DNA of 64,000 bases from an uncultured virus (IMG/VR IMGVR_UViG_3300020048_000118) (Duplodnaviria; Heunggongvirae; Uroviricota; Caudoviricetes; Crassvirales): IMG/VR virus record IMGVR_UViG_3300020048_000118; one strand, written 5' to 3'. This document shows, piece after piece, positions 17,601-26,500 of this stretch. Under the pieces are notes generated by a model. The model was not told where the DNA came from, ran no database searches, and worked only from the letters and a program-made list of their open reading frames with translations. Both the position numbers and the translations under genes were made by a program. Numbering within the stretch: position 1 is the first letter of the stretch; each line of letters opens with the position of its first letter.

Positions 17601-20112
17601 CAGCTGTCTGCAAGGCTTGTCTTTCACCAACTAATGGTGCGATAGCCTCTACGATACGGTTCTGTACATCGTCTACATTCTCTCCCACTATCACCTTTAA
17701 TCCCGGTGCTACTACGTTAAGCGCCTGAGCAGACTTGTTAACAGCCTCGTCAAAGTTACTTTGCATTGGATACTCGGCCTTGGCTTGCTCCACAAGTTGA
17801 TCACGATACGCCATAGCCTCATTGTAGTCTTCGAACTTCTGCTCTTGAATATCAAGCTTGTTCTGTGGATCGTATACCATTGCTACGACATCCGGTGTTC
17901 CGTGCTTCTCTTTGTTCCATCCTTCTGGAGCGTACTGCTCGTTGAATGGGACTCTAGACACAACCTTAAAACCGGCCTTCTCATATACTGGAGTAAGATA
18001 GTTATCGAAGTTGTCTAACTTAATACCACCAGCTTCAACAGCTTTCTGAAGTAGCTTCTGAGCAACTCCCTTAGCCTTTGACGCCGCCTTCTTAAATAGG
18101 CCTTTAATGTCACCATCTTTAGAAACCACAACGCCACCATCTTCATCTGTGATTACGGTACCTTCTTTAGCTGCTTCTTCTGTTACAGAGTCAACAGACC
18201 AGTACTGTTCTGGATCAGATTGCTTGGTCTCTTGTAGGTCGGCAATATATTGCTGTGCTACTTCTTCTTTGGCTTGACCTTCTTCGGTAACGACTTCAGG
18301 TTCTGTTTGGGGTTTTCCTTCGACCACTTCTTCGCCAACTCTGGCTTCTGGCTGTACAGGTACTTCACTTGTTGCTTGCTCTTGAATGGCATCTCCTTTT
18401 AGTTGTTTTACTTTGTTAGACAATACTTGACCGAGGATTTTCTTCTCTGCTGGACTTTCGGCAGCATTGTACTCGGCCATTGTTTTATTAATATCTTCAA
18501 GAAGTGTATACGCCTCTTGCTTCTTCTCCTCTGACATGCTGTCAAACCCTGGAAAAAACTTATCGTATGCTGTATACTTCTTCTCTCTTTCTTGTGCAAT
18601 TACTCTATCGTACTCGTCCTTAGCAGTTTGGCTTACAGCCTCCTCCTTTAACTTTCTGTACTCGTTTATTTTCTTGGTAGACGCTGCGATTTCAGGATTA
18701 ACCACCATAGCTATGTCGCTCTTGACTTTTAAGTCAGCGTCAGTAGCCAATCTGTCTACGTACTTCTTTTCTACAGCTGTCTTAGCTTTGCTTCCTAAAT
18801 AATTTATTGCTGTAGATGATATTGCTTGAAAAGGCTCGGCTACCATCTCATAAGCAATTTGTCGACCATCTAATTTACCATCAGCAATAGCTTGAGCAGT
18901 GGCCTCTCCAGCTCCACCTAAAACCGCTTGCAAAGCAACTTCTTTTGTAGCTGCTTTAAATACCTGTTTTTTAGTTGCGTTTGCGACGGGCTTGAAAAAT
19001 CCAGACATACCACCACTAATCATGTCGAAAGCGGCAACTGGAATACCCCTTTTAAGTCCATACGACCTAGCCTCAGCCATTTTTTCTGGACTGTTAAACG
19101 CAGCCTTTAATTGATCGGCATCAGTAATATCAACACCGGCATCTCTAAGAGACCCCATCAACGAGCTTGAATATTCAAGAGCTAAAGAAGTTGCTCCTCT
19201 AAAACCAGCGGCCGCACCCAGACTAGTCCCAATTATGGGTACAAAAGATCCAATAGCGGCACCAGTTACAGCACCTTTTACCCCTGTTTCGCTAGCAGCA
19301 ATCATAGAACCAATTGATTGCAAAGCAACCGTAGGTAAGTATTTTAAGAAACCTACAACTCCTTCTTCTTCTTCAATAGCGTTGTCTTGTAGGGTTTTAT
19401 TATATCCAGCCATCTCTTCAAAGTCGAGATCATCTGCATTGGATAGTGTCTCTAATGAATAAACTTTGCTAGCTAATAGTCCGTTAGCAGTAGTTGTATT
19501 TACAATTTTATCTATATAGCTACCCTCTTTTGGACCCTCTACGGCTGCCAACACCTCTTTAGCATAAGCCTTAGATTCGGGCTTCTCTTTAATAATACCA
19601 GCAGTAAACGCATCGCCCTCTGGGCTTTTCTTTGTTAATACACTAGCAGCTCTTTTAACATCTTCCGCAAATGGATTCGGCTGTTCAGCCGGTACATCAC
19701 CAAGCACATTCGTCTGTTCGGGAGTGCCCATGAAGGGCATCATCATGTCTAGATCTTTTTGAGTAAGCTGAGCGACTGGCTTTGTAGGTTGAGCAGGCTC
19801 TACCTTCTGGCCTGTTACATCATAGCGTTTCCTTGCAGAAGGCGCCGAAGGCCCAGCTTTCGGTGTCTCTCCAGAAACCGAGAAAATATCTTTTTGAGCC
19901 CCTTGAGAAAGAGACTCCGTACTTTTTTTTTTAAATCCGTATGCCTCGTCAAAGTCGTCGATAGACTTCACGTCATACTCAGGTGCAATTACTTCCTTAA
20001 AAAACAACTGCCTCTTTTTGGGGTCGGCCAAATATTTCTTAAAGTCGTCAATCGAACCTACTTCGTATGACTTGGATACTTCTGAGTAAAGAGCGTCTAT
20101 TTTATTTGGCAT
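11647..20112 (-). CDS. Large polyvalent virion/ejection protein (2821 aa)
   Basis: Last gene of structural arm after two ejection-like genes; contains GNAT-like, zincin-like, HhH-like and ART-like segments recognised by eye. Confidence 0.7.
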   Translation of the reverse strand: MPNKIDALYSEVSKSYEVGSIDDFKKYLADPKKRQLFFKEVIAPEYDVKSIDDFDEAYGFKKKSTESLSQGAQKDIFSVSGETPKAGPSAPSARKRYDVTGQKVEPAQPTKPVAQLTQKDLDMMMPFMGTPEQTNVLGDVPAEQPNPFAEDVKRAASVLTKKSPEGDAFTAGIIKEKPESKAYAKEVLAAVEGPKEGSYIDKIVNTTTANGLLASKVYSLETLSNADDLDFEEMAGYNKTLQDNAIEEEEGVVGFLKYLPTVALQSIGSMIAASETGVKGAVTGAAIGSFVPIIGTSLGAAAGFRGATSLALEYSSSLMGSLRDAGVDITDADQLKAAFNSPEKMAEARSYGLKRGIPVAAFDMISGGMSGFFKPVANATKKQVFKAATKEVALQAVLGGAGEATAQAIADGKLDGRQIAYEMVAEPFQAISSTAINYLGSKAKTAVEKKYVDRLATDADLKVKSDIAMVVNPEIAASTKKINEYRKLKEEAVSQTAKDEYDRVIAQEREKKYTAYDKFFPGFDSMSEEKKQEAYTLLEDINKTMAEYNAAESPAEKKILGQVLSNKVKQLKGDAIQEQATSEVPVQPEARVGEEVVEGKPQTEPEVVTEEGQAKEEVAQQYIADLQETKQSDPEQYWSVDSVTEEAAKEGTVITDEDGGVVVSKDGDIKGLFKKAASKAKGVAQKLLQKAVEAGGIKLDNFDNYLTPVYEKAGFKVVSRVPFNEQYAPEGWNKEKHGTPDVVAMVYDPQNKLDIQEQKFEDYNEAMAYRDQLVEQAKAEYPMQSNFDEAVNKSAQALNVVAPGLKVIVGENVDDVQNRIVEAIAPLVGERQALQTAEEFATGTKGQTIFVDGKPFAVVFDKTTADSRTAGHEAWEVMLNDAFGNDQAKFKEFTAGIDSQLRAQGFADIADALDAFASQKGYEAVKYSEYMAELGGMLVEAGFGKGPLTAQQKTLLQKIGDIINKFAELFTGKKQFLDQATPEDILGFMVTISEKVAKGEDVSSFFRKGEKAKAKEGVTSRKQAEKIFTGEEKVPTFKTLPEIANWLEGWSKKNKIFAKDIKDVSDQEFVKKLESHTLKELAAWDGVRGQDYVSFYVGDIVDRLNPKLQKFAEARYGRMLTPGEVTLYHAVSGFASPQADPMFDSSKGLEIFDKYMNGGKPDVNKLSGYADKQATIYELNDKGKKVDTGKLKFDKEGNPIYSQVSMHYAVPSLNKMKAMISHFEGDVEKAMEWMTSIHSYEEISEVMGTPLKGTKALTPHENLSKEDGGFGIFGFTGAKLGSYILNRIGEYSTVTKDMWYARTMARLVGEPLTKDGKAMTDPWAAGTVAGVKKRKLADQAWESVAKKLNISPSDVQERMWDFEKRLYEKMGAIEKASYASEGFMKTAKKLEPGLDLETKVVESRSQKNVPKVVDEVLTDDGKGNYLFVHYSDENRDVIKPMSGSKSNFTSREEVSAISAVGGVAMYYTKAGQKESGVGNVAHTVLVPKDKVYFYGSTEKGKVSHDPEGFEEEARQRFQAYRNRGNEDRPTKYAFDANNSAAWVTKVAGENGYDMLVTNWGGPNSYRAQTTKALKPEAEYTGFKKPEPVVFEVGDEVFLYGRYATIVAVDGDVLSYESQNDFGRFDTGKFTLSPYTSYKITMIEKAKPSVTTRSQKVEVKTIPGYDRMMNEVEGIMDKSINRGRSYNQTSANAVDYIQKSSVYEKADDSQREQIIRDFKKIRGEKFKTAPSVAKIMGQIKDVKQVTVKESTALKDQIKLEAKAAKDSAAFVKQLRMDISGRLKSMVGRGMMSARQATAIISRYDKMNILNPVMRDRFVDYMSRVFQSAEYMDKIKEASKLRASIKKAMKSPANQAEIAKLAKDFGDIDPSRVENIDDYINNATQMLNAVARKTGDPLMRSLVNAADMASYIETEIESQREQIKNELLDKYKELVDAGVLSSDMTINEIKKVIAAIEENDNESVAKEEKAKAAVKDMMAEVSPLIVQIVKTGEDPFTGEPITLTQDEKKSLIALTKMDTDSLSLSEALQVLEYANNFVANGITSGIDGMVSIYQGGLNAGELVDDGIKSIPLSKYFSKLVGRVWGEGFATLPMLNKLLWGNTRRAIMVSEKAGINGVSNGKAKALKMVDTAVKQYVKLFSKTKDFLSSENVVERGMLAFMSRNVIGDEFQAQDEFNRRKTLIEETIQALKDVDNNTDAEIKKGEVIQKVYDKVLKDAKNIDDVKKNVSKINQDAVNWWTKKWSENFDRIDEVSRNVYNTQLSRDINYTPDRFQMKEAPTAVEEDFDSGFFGNFEYVDTSKSGSLRQNNRIKTLPKDKNGVRKRIVNLDFDVNNVNALTSAMVDVETASSVMQLKGFVTSKNFSKLFSNKNDKNLYKKRLITYVSRVKGGSYVDQTELAKINRTINTIASFGVAKALFSVSQPFKQFFPPMINTFVQTGRFDLNKLLYNGGMGFIDSSGYPIANRGVASQGELKSINRQLVEAEKNLAMRGLDGVAEFSNKTLEITLKNPDIFAARASWLSFYLSKLKKDGVNISGIDFNTHELNKGAADYAQAMVDSQQNISDTDMQGEIFASKQPATVFLRRAILPLMTFTLNQKTRIWSDVRTLSNDVSSKDDKVEAAKSLSGALIELVAFQGIVLAFKELYNLVAAAIMGEDEDEEEKKIRKMRQSQSTAQAFMKDFFLPPIPGMDILASKGVNYLLDETGLSDELPYKWYGIEDEEQKFRLYDKMNQGYLDMLGTQGIAAEKALELIEYYDAAIDGEFTKEYNGNKVKKALMEEDLDIARMNAVIMTAYYGGMLPSDMANIVNIMNKKIQKRAEQVDED

Positions 20113-20114
20113 GT

Positions 20115-21527
20115 TTATGTTCCTGGTAATTTTTTCTTTTGAGTTGTACTTGTATTAGGCCTGTAAGATTGACCCCCTCTGACATAACTTTGGTTATAGT
20201 CCTGTGGTAATATCCCTTGATTCCATGCCTCGTTCTTGTCTACAGACTGTGATTTTGCTAGGATGTCCGCAAACACACTTCTAACTTGCGATGCATTTAC
20301 AACTCTAGTAACAACAGCCTTACTTGGTTTTGGACGCTCTCCTTTTGCCTTCTCTTTTTCGGTTGGCTCTGAGTAACCGTACGTATAAAACCTGTATTTA
20401 CCATCACTGCCCCGTTCTACTTTTTCTACAAAAGAGTTCGGCTCTCCAGGGATTGCTCTAGACTTCAATATAGCATTTGCAAAAACTGGATCTTGTGCAG
20501 CAAACGATGCATAATCCATTATTAAATTAGGAGTTTTAGCCCCTCCACTTCCTCCATCTCCACCGCTACTACTAGCTGCTCTGATAGGCTCTGGCTGTTC
20601 TCTGAGCTTTTCTACCTCTGCATCTACCTGTCTTTCGATTACAGCTTGAGCTGCCTTTAATTGCTCTGGGGTGAGCTTAGGAGTAGCAATACCATTTGGT
20701 CCCATGACCAACTGAATGCCCTTTCCTGCTGGGATATTCTTCTTCTGCTGCTCGGTCTCGTAGAACTCGTAATCTCCAACATAGTCAGATAATATGCTTG
20801 CAGCTGACCTTGGATTCTTTAACAAAGAAGATGCAAAGTTTTGCTTTGCCTTTGTGTATGCAGGGTTCAACTGAGCAGACTTAGTCCAGAAACCTTTATC
20901 GTATCCAGTAACAGCGCCTAGGTTTTTTGTAAAACCAGCAACCTGACCTAACAAGTCCACCTTCTCTGGTGTTTGGTTTTCTGGTATAAGAAGAGATTTA
21001 AAGTCAACAACCATTCCAGTATTTGGATCCGTCATTAGAATTCCATTTGTATTGGGATCTACAACTAATTGCTTATTAGCAACGTCAGCAAGGTTAGCCT
21101 GCTTTTGTAAAAAGTATTCACCAAGGGCGGATGCCTTTGGATCATTTAAGTATTCAACCTGCTTATTTACAATATCATTATAAGACTTAGCATAGTCTCC
21201 TAGGTATTTCCAGTCCTCAGACATTCTACCAACACGAGTTTTATACTCAGTAGGAGTAATCCTTCCAGCCATCAATTCCTTCTTTAGGTCTAGCGTATTA
21301 GTTCTTACACGGTCTGCACCGCTCAAGATCAAATTATTAAAGCTACCTGACTGCCCTGGCTTGTACTCTTTAGATGCAGAGACTAGATCATCAGCTGACT
21401 TCTCAAGAGCAGCACGCTGTGCCTCACGGTCTTTTTTAATTACCTCTAAACCAGTAATAGCCTTGTCGGCTATTCCAGCCCAATCAACGCCTTCTGGCCT
21501 TCCTTGATAACCTAAGTATTCTGCCAT
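20115..21527 (-). CDS. Putative internal virion/ejection protein
   Basis: Position between pilot-like gene and giant protein; helical composition. Confidence 0.55.
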   Translation of the reverse strand: MAEYLGYQGRPEGVDWAGIADKAITGLEVIKKDREAQRAALEKSADDLVSASKEYKPGQSGSFNNLILSGADRVRTNTLDLKKELMAGRITPTEYKTRVGRMSEDWKYLGDYAKSYNDIVNKQVEYLNDPKASALGEYFLQKQANLADVANKQLVVDPNTNGILMTDPNTGMVVDFKSLLIPENQTPEKVDLLGQVAGFTKNLGAVTGYDKGFWTKSAQLNPAYTKAKQNFASSLLKNPRSAASILSDYVGDYEFYETEQQKKNIPAGKGIQLVMGPNGIATPKLTPEQLKAAQAVIERQVDAEVEKLREQPEPIRAASSSGGDGGSGGAKTPNLIMDYASFAAQDPVFANAILKSRAIPGEPNSFVEKVERGSDGKYRFYTYGYSEPTEKEKAKGERPKPSKAVVTRVVNASQVRSVFADILAKSQSVDKNEAWNQGILPQDYNQSYVRGGQSYRPNTSTTQKKKLPGT

Positions 21528-22300
21528 TATCTTTTAAATGGTGTTGTTAAACCAGGGTAGTATCCATAAGGACTGTATCCTGGAGCGTATGAGCTGTCAC
21601 CAAAAATATTTGTACCTGCTGGAGCCGCACCCATTTCTGGAGCAGGACCATAAGTCTTTGCCATTGGAGTTCCCTTTTTTTGTAATAAAGAAGAAGTAGG
21701 AGCTTTAAATGCGTTTCTACTATCTATTGGAGCCTCTGTTTTTGCTTGGTTTTTATACAAATCTTGGTTTGCTGCAATAGACTCTCCCATTGATGTTAGC
21801 CCAGAGAATGCTCCGGAAATACCTTGGTTTACCATCTGCTTGTTTTGAAGTGCAGACATTTGAGCTCCCTGCAATTCACTTGCGCCTAAGTCAAACTCTC
21901 TTTCCATTCTTCTGCCCTCAATTCCCTGCCTGTTCTGTGAACGGTACAAGTCTCTGTTGTACTCGGCTTGCTGAAGGTCTGCAGATAACTGAAGCTGTGC
22001 TTCATTAGCAGCTTGGTTCATTGATGGAACACCACCGATAACACCAGCGGCCCCAGCCTCTTGCAAGGCCTGTATTCCAGATGCTTGTTGTTGTTGGATT
22101 CCCTGCTGAGCTAAGTCGTATCCCATTGTTGGGACTTGAAGACCAGCTGAGTAGTCAGTCTCTGTTAAACCACGAAGACGTGATGCGGCTTCTCTAGCTG
22201 CTACCTCGTCTTTCTTTCTTCTTTGATTGGCTGCAATCGCCTGTCCAGCACTTGCTGCTGCGCTTGCTCCGGCTATGATGGCTGATGTTGCTACTGGCAT
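21527..22300 (-). CDS. Putative DNA ejection/pilot protein (Ala/Gly/Gln-rich)
   Basis: N-terminal AIIAGASAAASAG and Q-rich helices typical of podovirus ejection proteins. Confidence 0.6.
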   Translation of the reverse strand: MPVATSAIIAGASAAASAGQAIAANQRRKKDEVAAREAASRLRGLTETDYSAGLQVPTMGYDLAQQGIQQQQASGIQALQEAGAAGVIGGVPSMNQAANEAQLQLSADLQQAEYNRDLYRSQNRQGIEGRRMEREFDLGASELQGAQMSALQNKQMVNQGISGAFSGLTSMGESIAANQDLYKNQAKTEAPIDSRNAFKAPTSSLLQKKGTPMAKTYGPAPEMGAAPAGTNIFGDSSYAPGYSPYGYYPGLTTPFKR

Positions 22301-22301
22301 T

Positions 22302-22709
22302 TTATAATGTTTTTATGAGCTCCGTACAACCAACGCTGCCCTGTTGAAAGCCACACTCAATAAACTTATTGATCAGTGGCTGGCTCTTCAAAGAAACATA
22401 AGCGTACTTCGCTCCGTTTAGTTTCGCATATTCAGTCAATGTGTCAACCAAAAACATAATAGCTTGCTTCCTATCCTTGTCCTTGTAATTGATATTAGAT
22501 ACCACAAACTCTACCCATACTGCTTTAGAATTGGTAAAGTAAAGATATCCAGCACAGATGTCGGCACCGTCTTTTGATACGATAACTCCACCATTGCCAT
22601 TGTCTGGCAAGAAGTCTTTGGAAGGAGGCGTCCATCTCCAATCAGACCACCATCCACATAAGATGTTGTCGTAATCGTTCTCTGTAAGAAACCTTGCCTG
22701 AAAACCCAT
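22302..22709 (-). CDS. GNAT-fold acetyltransferase-like morphogenesis protein
   Basis: GNAT-like pattern ending LINKFIECGF; position equivalent to T7 gp13/P22 gp14. Confidence 0.6.
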   Translation of the reverse strand: MGFQARFLTENDYDNILCGWWSDWRWTPPSKDFLPDNGNGGVIVSKDGADICAGYLYFTNSKAVWVEFVVSNINYKDKDRKQAIMFLVDTLTEYAKLNGAKYAYVSLKSQPLINKFIECGFQQGSVGCTELIKTL

Positions 22710-22730
22710 TGCTACGCAAAGATAGCGAAG

Positions 22731-23525
22731 TTATGGGTAACTTTTAAATATCTGTGAAGAAATTGCAAATAATTCAACAGCCTCTGTATCAGTGTTTGTG
22801 AGTGTAGTTTCCATGTAGTACCCTCTAGCTCCGTAAGACTCAGCAACTGCGTTCTTAATGACATAAGCAAAGTCGTTAATATTTGCTACATTGGTTGGGA
22901 CCTTAACAACTATTTTGTTACCAGTGCTTGGGTCATTGACTATCTCGTCAACATTTCCAATCAACTTAATAACGTTAGTAATTGCGTCTACAATGTACAA
23001 TACATCACCTCCACTTGGCGGCGATATCGCAGGGTCAAACACGCTTATAGAGTTTGGTATCTCAAAGTTAAAGAACACGCTAAGGTAACCTGTTCCTGGA
23101 GCGATAGTAGCCGCAGATACCTTTCCAATACCCTGTGTAGACAGAGCCTTAAAGTCAATGGTGTTTGGATCCCTTCTTACATATGTAAAGAAACCACCCT
23201 CTTTCTCTTCAAAGTAGCTGCTAGCCATTGAGCCGGCGCTTAGATCCGTGATTACAGAAGCACTCCACCTGTGGGTCGAGTCGTAAGACAGAGTCTTAAA
23301 CATCTTGGTCTCAATTGGAGAGTCATTTAGTAAAACGGTAATAGTCGATGGGTAGTTCGTTCCATACCAATTATTTCTACTTGCATTGGTGTTGTGTTTC
23401 CACATCTCCCCGTTCTTGAATGTATACATGAAACTGTTCATGTGTTCCATCCACTCTGGAAAATATGAGTGGAACGATGTCCACCCTTCAAGCGCTGGTG
23501 AGTATGTGAGAGTATAATTAGCCAT
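22731..23525 (-). CDS. Tail/stabilisation protein
   Basis: GWTSFHSY, FEEKEG, RGYYM motifs seen in crAss-like tail proteins; synteny. Confidence 0.6.
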   Translation of the reverse strand: MANYTLTYSPALEGWTSFHSYFPEWMEHMNSFMYTFKNGEMWKHNTNASRNNWYGTNYPSTITVLLNDSPIETKMFKTLSYDSTHRWSASVITDLSAGSMASSYFEEKEGGFFTYVRRDPNTIDFKALSTQGIGKVSAATIAPGTGYLSVFFNFEIPNSISVFDPAISPPSGGDVLYIVDAITNVIKLIGNVDEIVNDPSTGNKIVVKVPTNVANINDFAYVIKNAVAESYGARGYYMETTLTNTDTEAVELFAISSQIFKSYP

Positions 23526-23542
23526 TATGCAAAGTTACGATA

Positions 23543-26500
23543 TTAACAAGCTTCTGTCAGTGTCCAAGCGGTCCCGCTCCAGTAATGTGCATTTGCTGGG
23601 GCTGCCTGATTCTTATAGTATCCAGATGGCGCTACAACTGTTCCAGATGAGTTCATGTACAATATTCCGCTAGTTCCTACAGTTCCATCGGTCCAGTAAG
23701 AGTAGTAGTTAGGCGATGCACACACAGCAGACTTAGTACCAGAATCTGTCAAGAATACCTCTGTAAGGGCAGGAGATGTACCAGTGCACGTTGCACAGCT
23801 TGCGAATGTCACGATAGTAGTTGGTATGTTGAAGCTAGTTGATATTGGAAGAATAGAAGCTCCTACTGTCCAACAGTTACCATCCGTAGTCTTCAACTTA
23901 GTTCCAGACGCAACAACACGGCTCACAGCATCGTAAAGGACGGCACTGTATGTACTATTACATAGAACAGCGGTGTAGTAGTTTCCAGCTGGAGGTGTTG
24001 GAGGTGTTGGAGGCGTTGAGCCGCAGTTGAATACCGAAGTGACAACCCCATCATCGCTGATCTGAATTGCTTGATTATTATTGATAGCATACCATAAATT
24101 ATTACCGTCAAAAGTATTTCCGCCCCTAGACTGGATGTAAACCGTGTCACCAAGTATTGGATACGTGTAGTATCCGTTATGGTAAAGATTAACCCAAACC
24201 TCTGGAACTAGTGCACATGCAGCTGCTGCACTAATTTGATCGTCTGCGTTGATTTGGAATGCTGTTGCCGGCAAGTCTAATTCAACAGAAGAGATATTTA
24301 CAGTAGTGTTTGGTCCTGTACCAAAGCAGTTTGTAGCATTGAATGTAGCTTTGTACTGTCCCTGACCAGCAGCAACTCCAGACAATACACCGCTCGTGCT
24401 GTCGAATACAATGCCAAATGGCAAAGACGTTTCACCGCAAGACCCGGTGGCCTCTAATGTAGCATCTGCTGATCCAGATAATTTAGTCACAGTTCCAGCC
24501 GTAAAGCACTTGGTATTTGTTCCATAAGCAGATACCGGGAATGTCTCGTAGTATCCTGTCTCACAGTTTGCACCATAAAATACAGCACCACTAGTCCCTC
24601 CATACAATGTGAAATTTGTACACGTAGTAACCAAGTTGTAGCTTGTAGGATTGTTTGTAGCAGCAACTTTAATAGATACTGAAGCCCCTATTCCAATCTC
24701 AAGGTCAGACATTGTCACAATCGGAGAGAAAGTCTCAGAGCATACACAAGATCCTATTTCGGTAATAATACCAGAAGATGTGATGAATGCGTAAGATGTG
24801 CCAAACTTGTGGTATGCATTTCCTCCGTTGTAAACAGTTGTGCCGGTGGACTCGTTGTATACAACTACGCCAACTGTAGGAGTAGCAGAAGGCCCGTTAT
24901 GATACTTTGTAGTAGCTGGTGTTTGAGCACAAACATTTGCCAATGTACCATTTGTGGTATCAATTGTTACAGTACTCAAGCTTGCACATGCAGTAACAAC
25001 GCTCCATCCATTTGATGATAGTGGAGAGTAAACGGTAAGCGTAGGGTCGCCAGCTTGCGTTTTGGTGAACTTCAATGTGCCTGTGCTATTGTTTACAAGA
25101 CCATCATAAGGAGATACCAACTTGATGTCGCTAGATGAAACTCCAGCTGCAATCAGTGCGTTATAGTTAGCCGAGCTATTAAGTCCAACATATCCGCTGT
25201 CTGCAACTATAGCTCCGTTCAAGGTGATAACGAACCTGTCTGGAGTAGACTGAGCGTCATAGTTGAATGTAACGTTTCCGTTTGCGGATCCAGTTGTAAC
25301 TGTAGTATTGGAAGTAAGTGCTGTACCAGAGTAAGATGCAGTAGCTCCACACGCTATAATATTTCTGTAGTCCCAAAGCAAGTACAAGTACTGCTCATTG
25401 GATGGTGTAAGATACGTGAATGTTCCACTGTACTCAGAACCAGCTAGGGTCATTGTTACCGGAGTAGCAAGTGAAAGCATAGTCACATAGTCTTGACTAG
25501 TATACTGCGTATTAGAAACTAGGTAGTATGCTTTGTTTCCAAGGCCTGGAAGGAATGGATTCGCTGGATCTCCAGCAATGCCACCTGTTGTGTTGTATGC
25601 GTATAATGTAACTGTGTCGCTAGGGCTTGGCACGCCATTAGTTCCTGCAGGGGCTCCAAGTGTGTCAAACATACTTACAGCTCCGTTAGTGAATGATGTG
25701 TCTGTAAAGGCATATCCTAGCGCTCCAGAGCTACTATAGTTATACTTTTGAGAACTAACTGTACCCTTGTCTGTTGTAGACCCAACAACGACAGATGCTC
25801 TTCTGACAACAACTGTTGCGGTCTGAGTAACAACAACAGTCACCACATTACCACAAGATGCAGTAATCGTAAGGGTAGCTGTTCTTGTAGACCCTGTAGA
25901 GTTGGCCGCAAAGTCAGCTCTTACATCTTGGTCTCCCGTTCCGCTTGAAGGGGATACTGTCATCCAAACAGGAATACCAGTGATAACCCATCCAGAGTTA
26001 GATGATATGTCAAATATATTAGCCGTTTGAGCTGTCCTGTCAACAGTCACAGATGTAGGAGACACAGACAATTGGCATGGGCTAGAAGTATTGTCGTTTG
26101 AAGTAAGCACGTACATTTGACTGTACGGGTCTAAAACTCCAATCTTTTGCTTGTTAGTGCCGGCAATGAATAAGTCTCTAAACCAGTCCTTCATCCCTTG
26201 AATAGAAATCTCCCCTAGGTCGTTTCCAGATATGGTCAATACAACGCCACGCCTTGCGTCTGTAAAGAACATGTCGTTACCCCATGTAGCAAAGCTTTCT
26301 GGATTCAAACTGATACCATACTCGCCAACAAAGGAGATCTGCGTTCCTAGAACCTCTGGTATGCTAGCGATAGCTCCTCCACCAGTAGAGTCACTTAGCA
26401 AGTTCTTTCCGTAGAGCACGGTAGATATCTTGTCCTCTTGGAATACAATCAAGTTTGTGTCACGAGCGTACAGCTTTTGAATGCTTCCAAAGAAACGGTC

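Noticed and set aside
11647..20112. Virion RNA polymerase as in crAss-like phages
   Set aside because: No DxDxD catalytic motif in a plausible context (closest is LDFDVNN); segments look like polyvalent-protein domains
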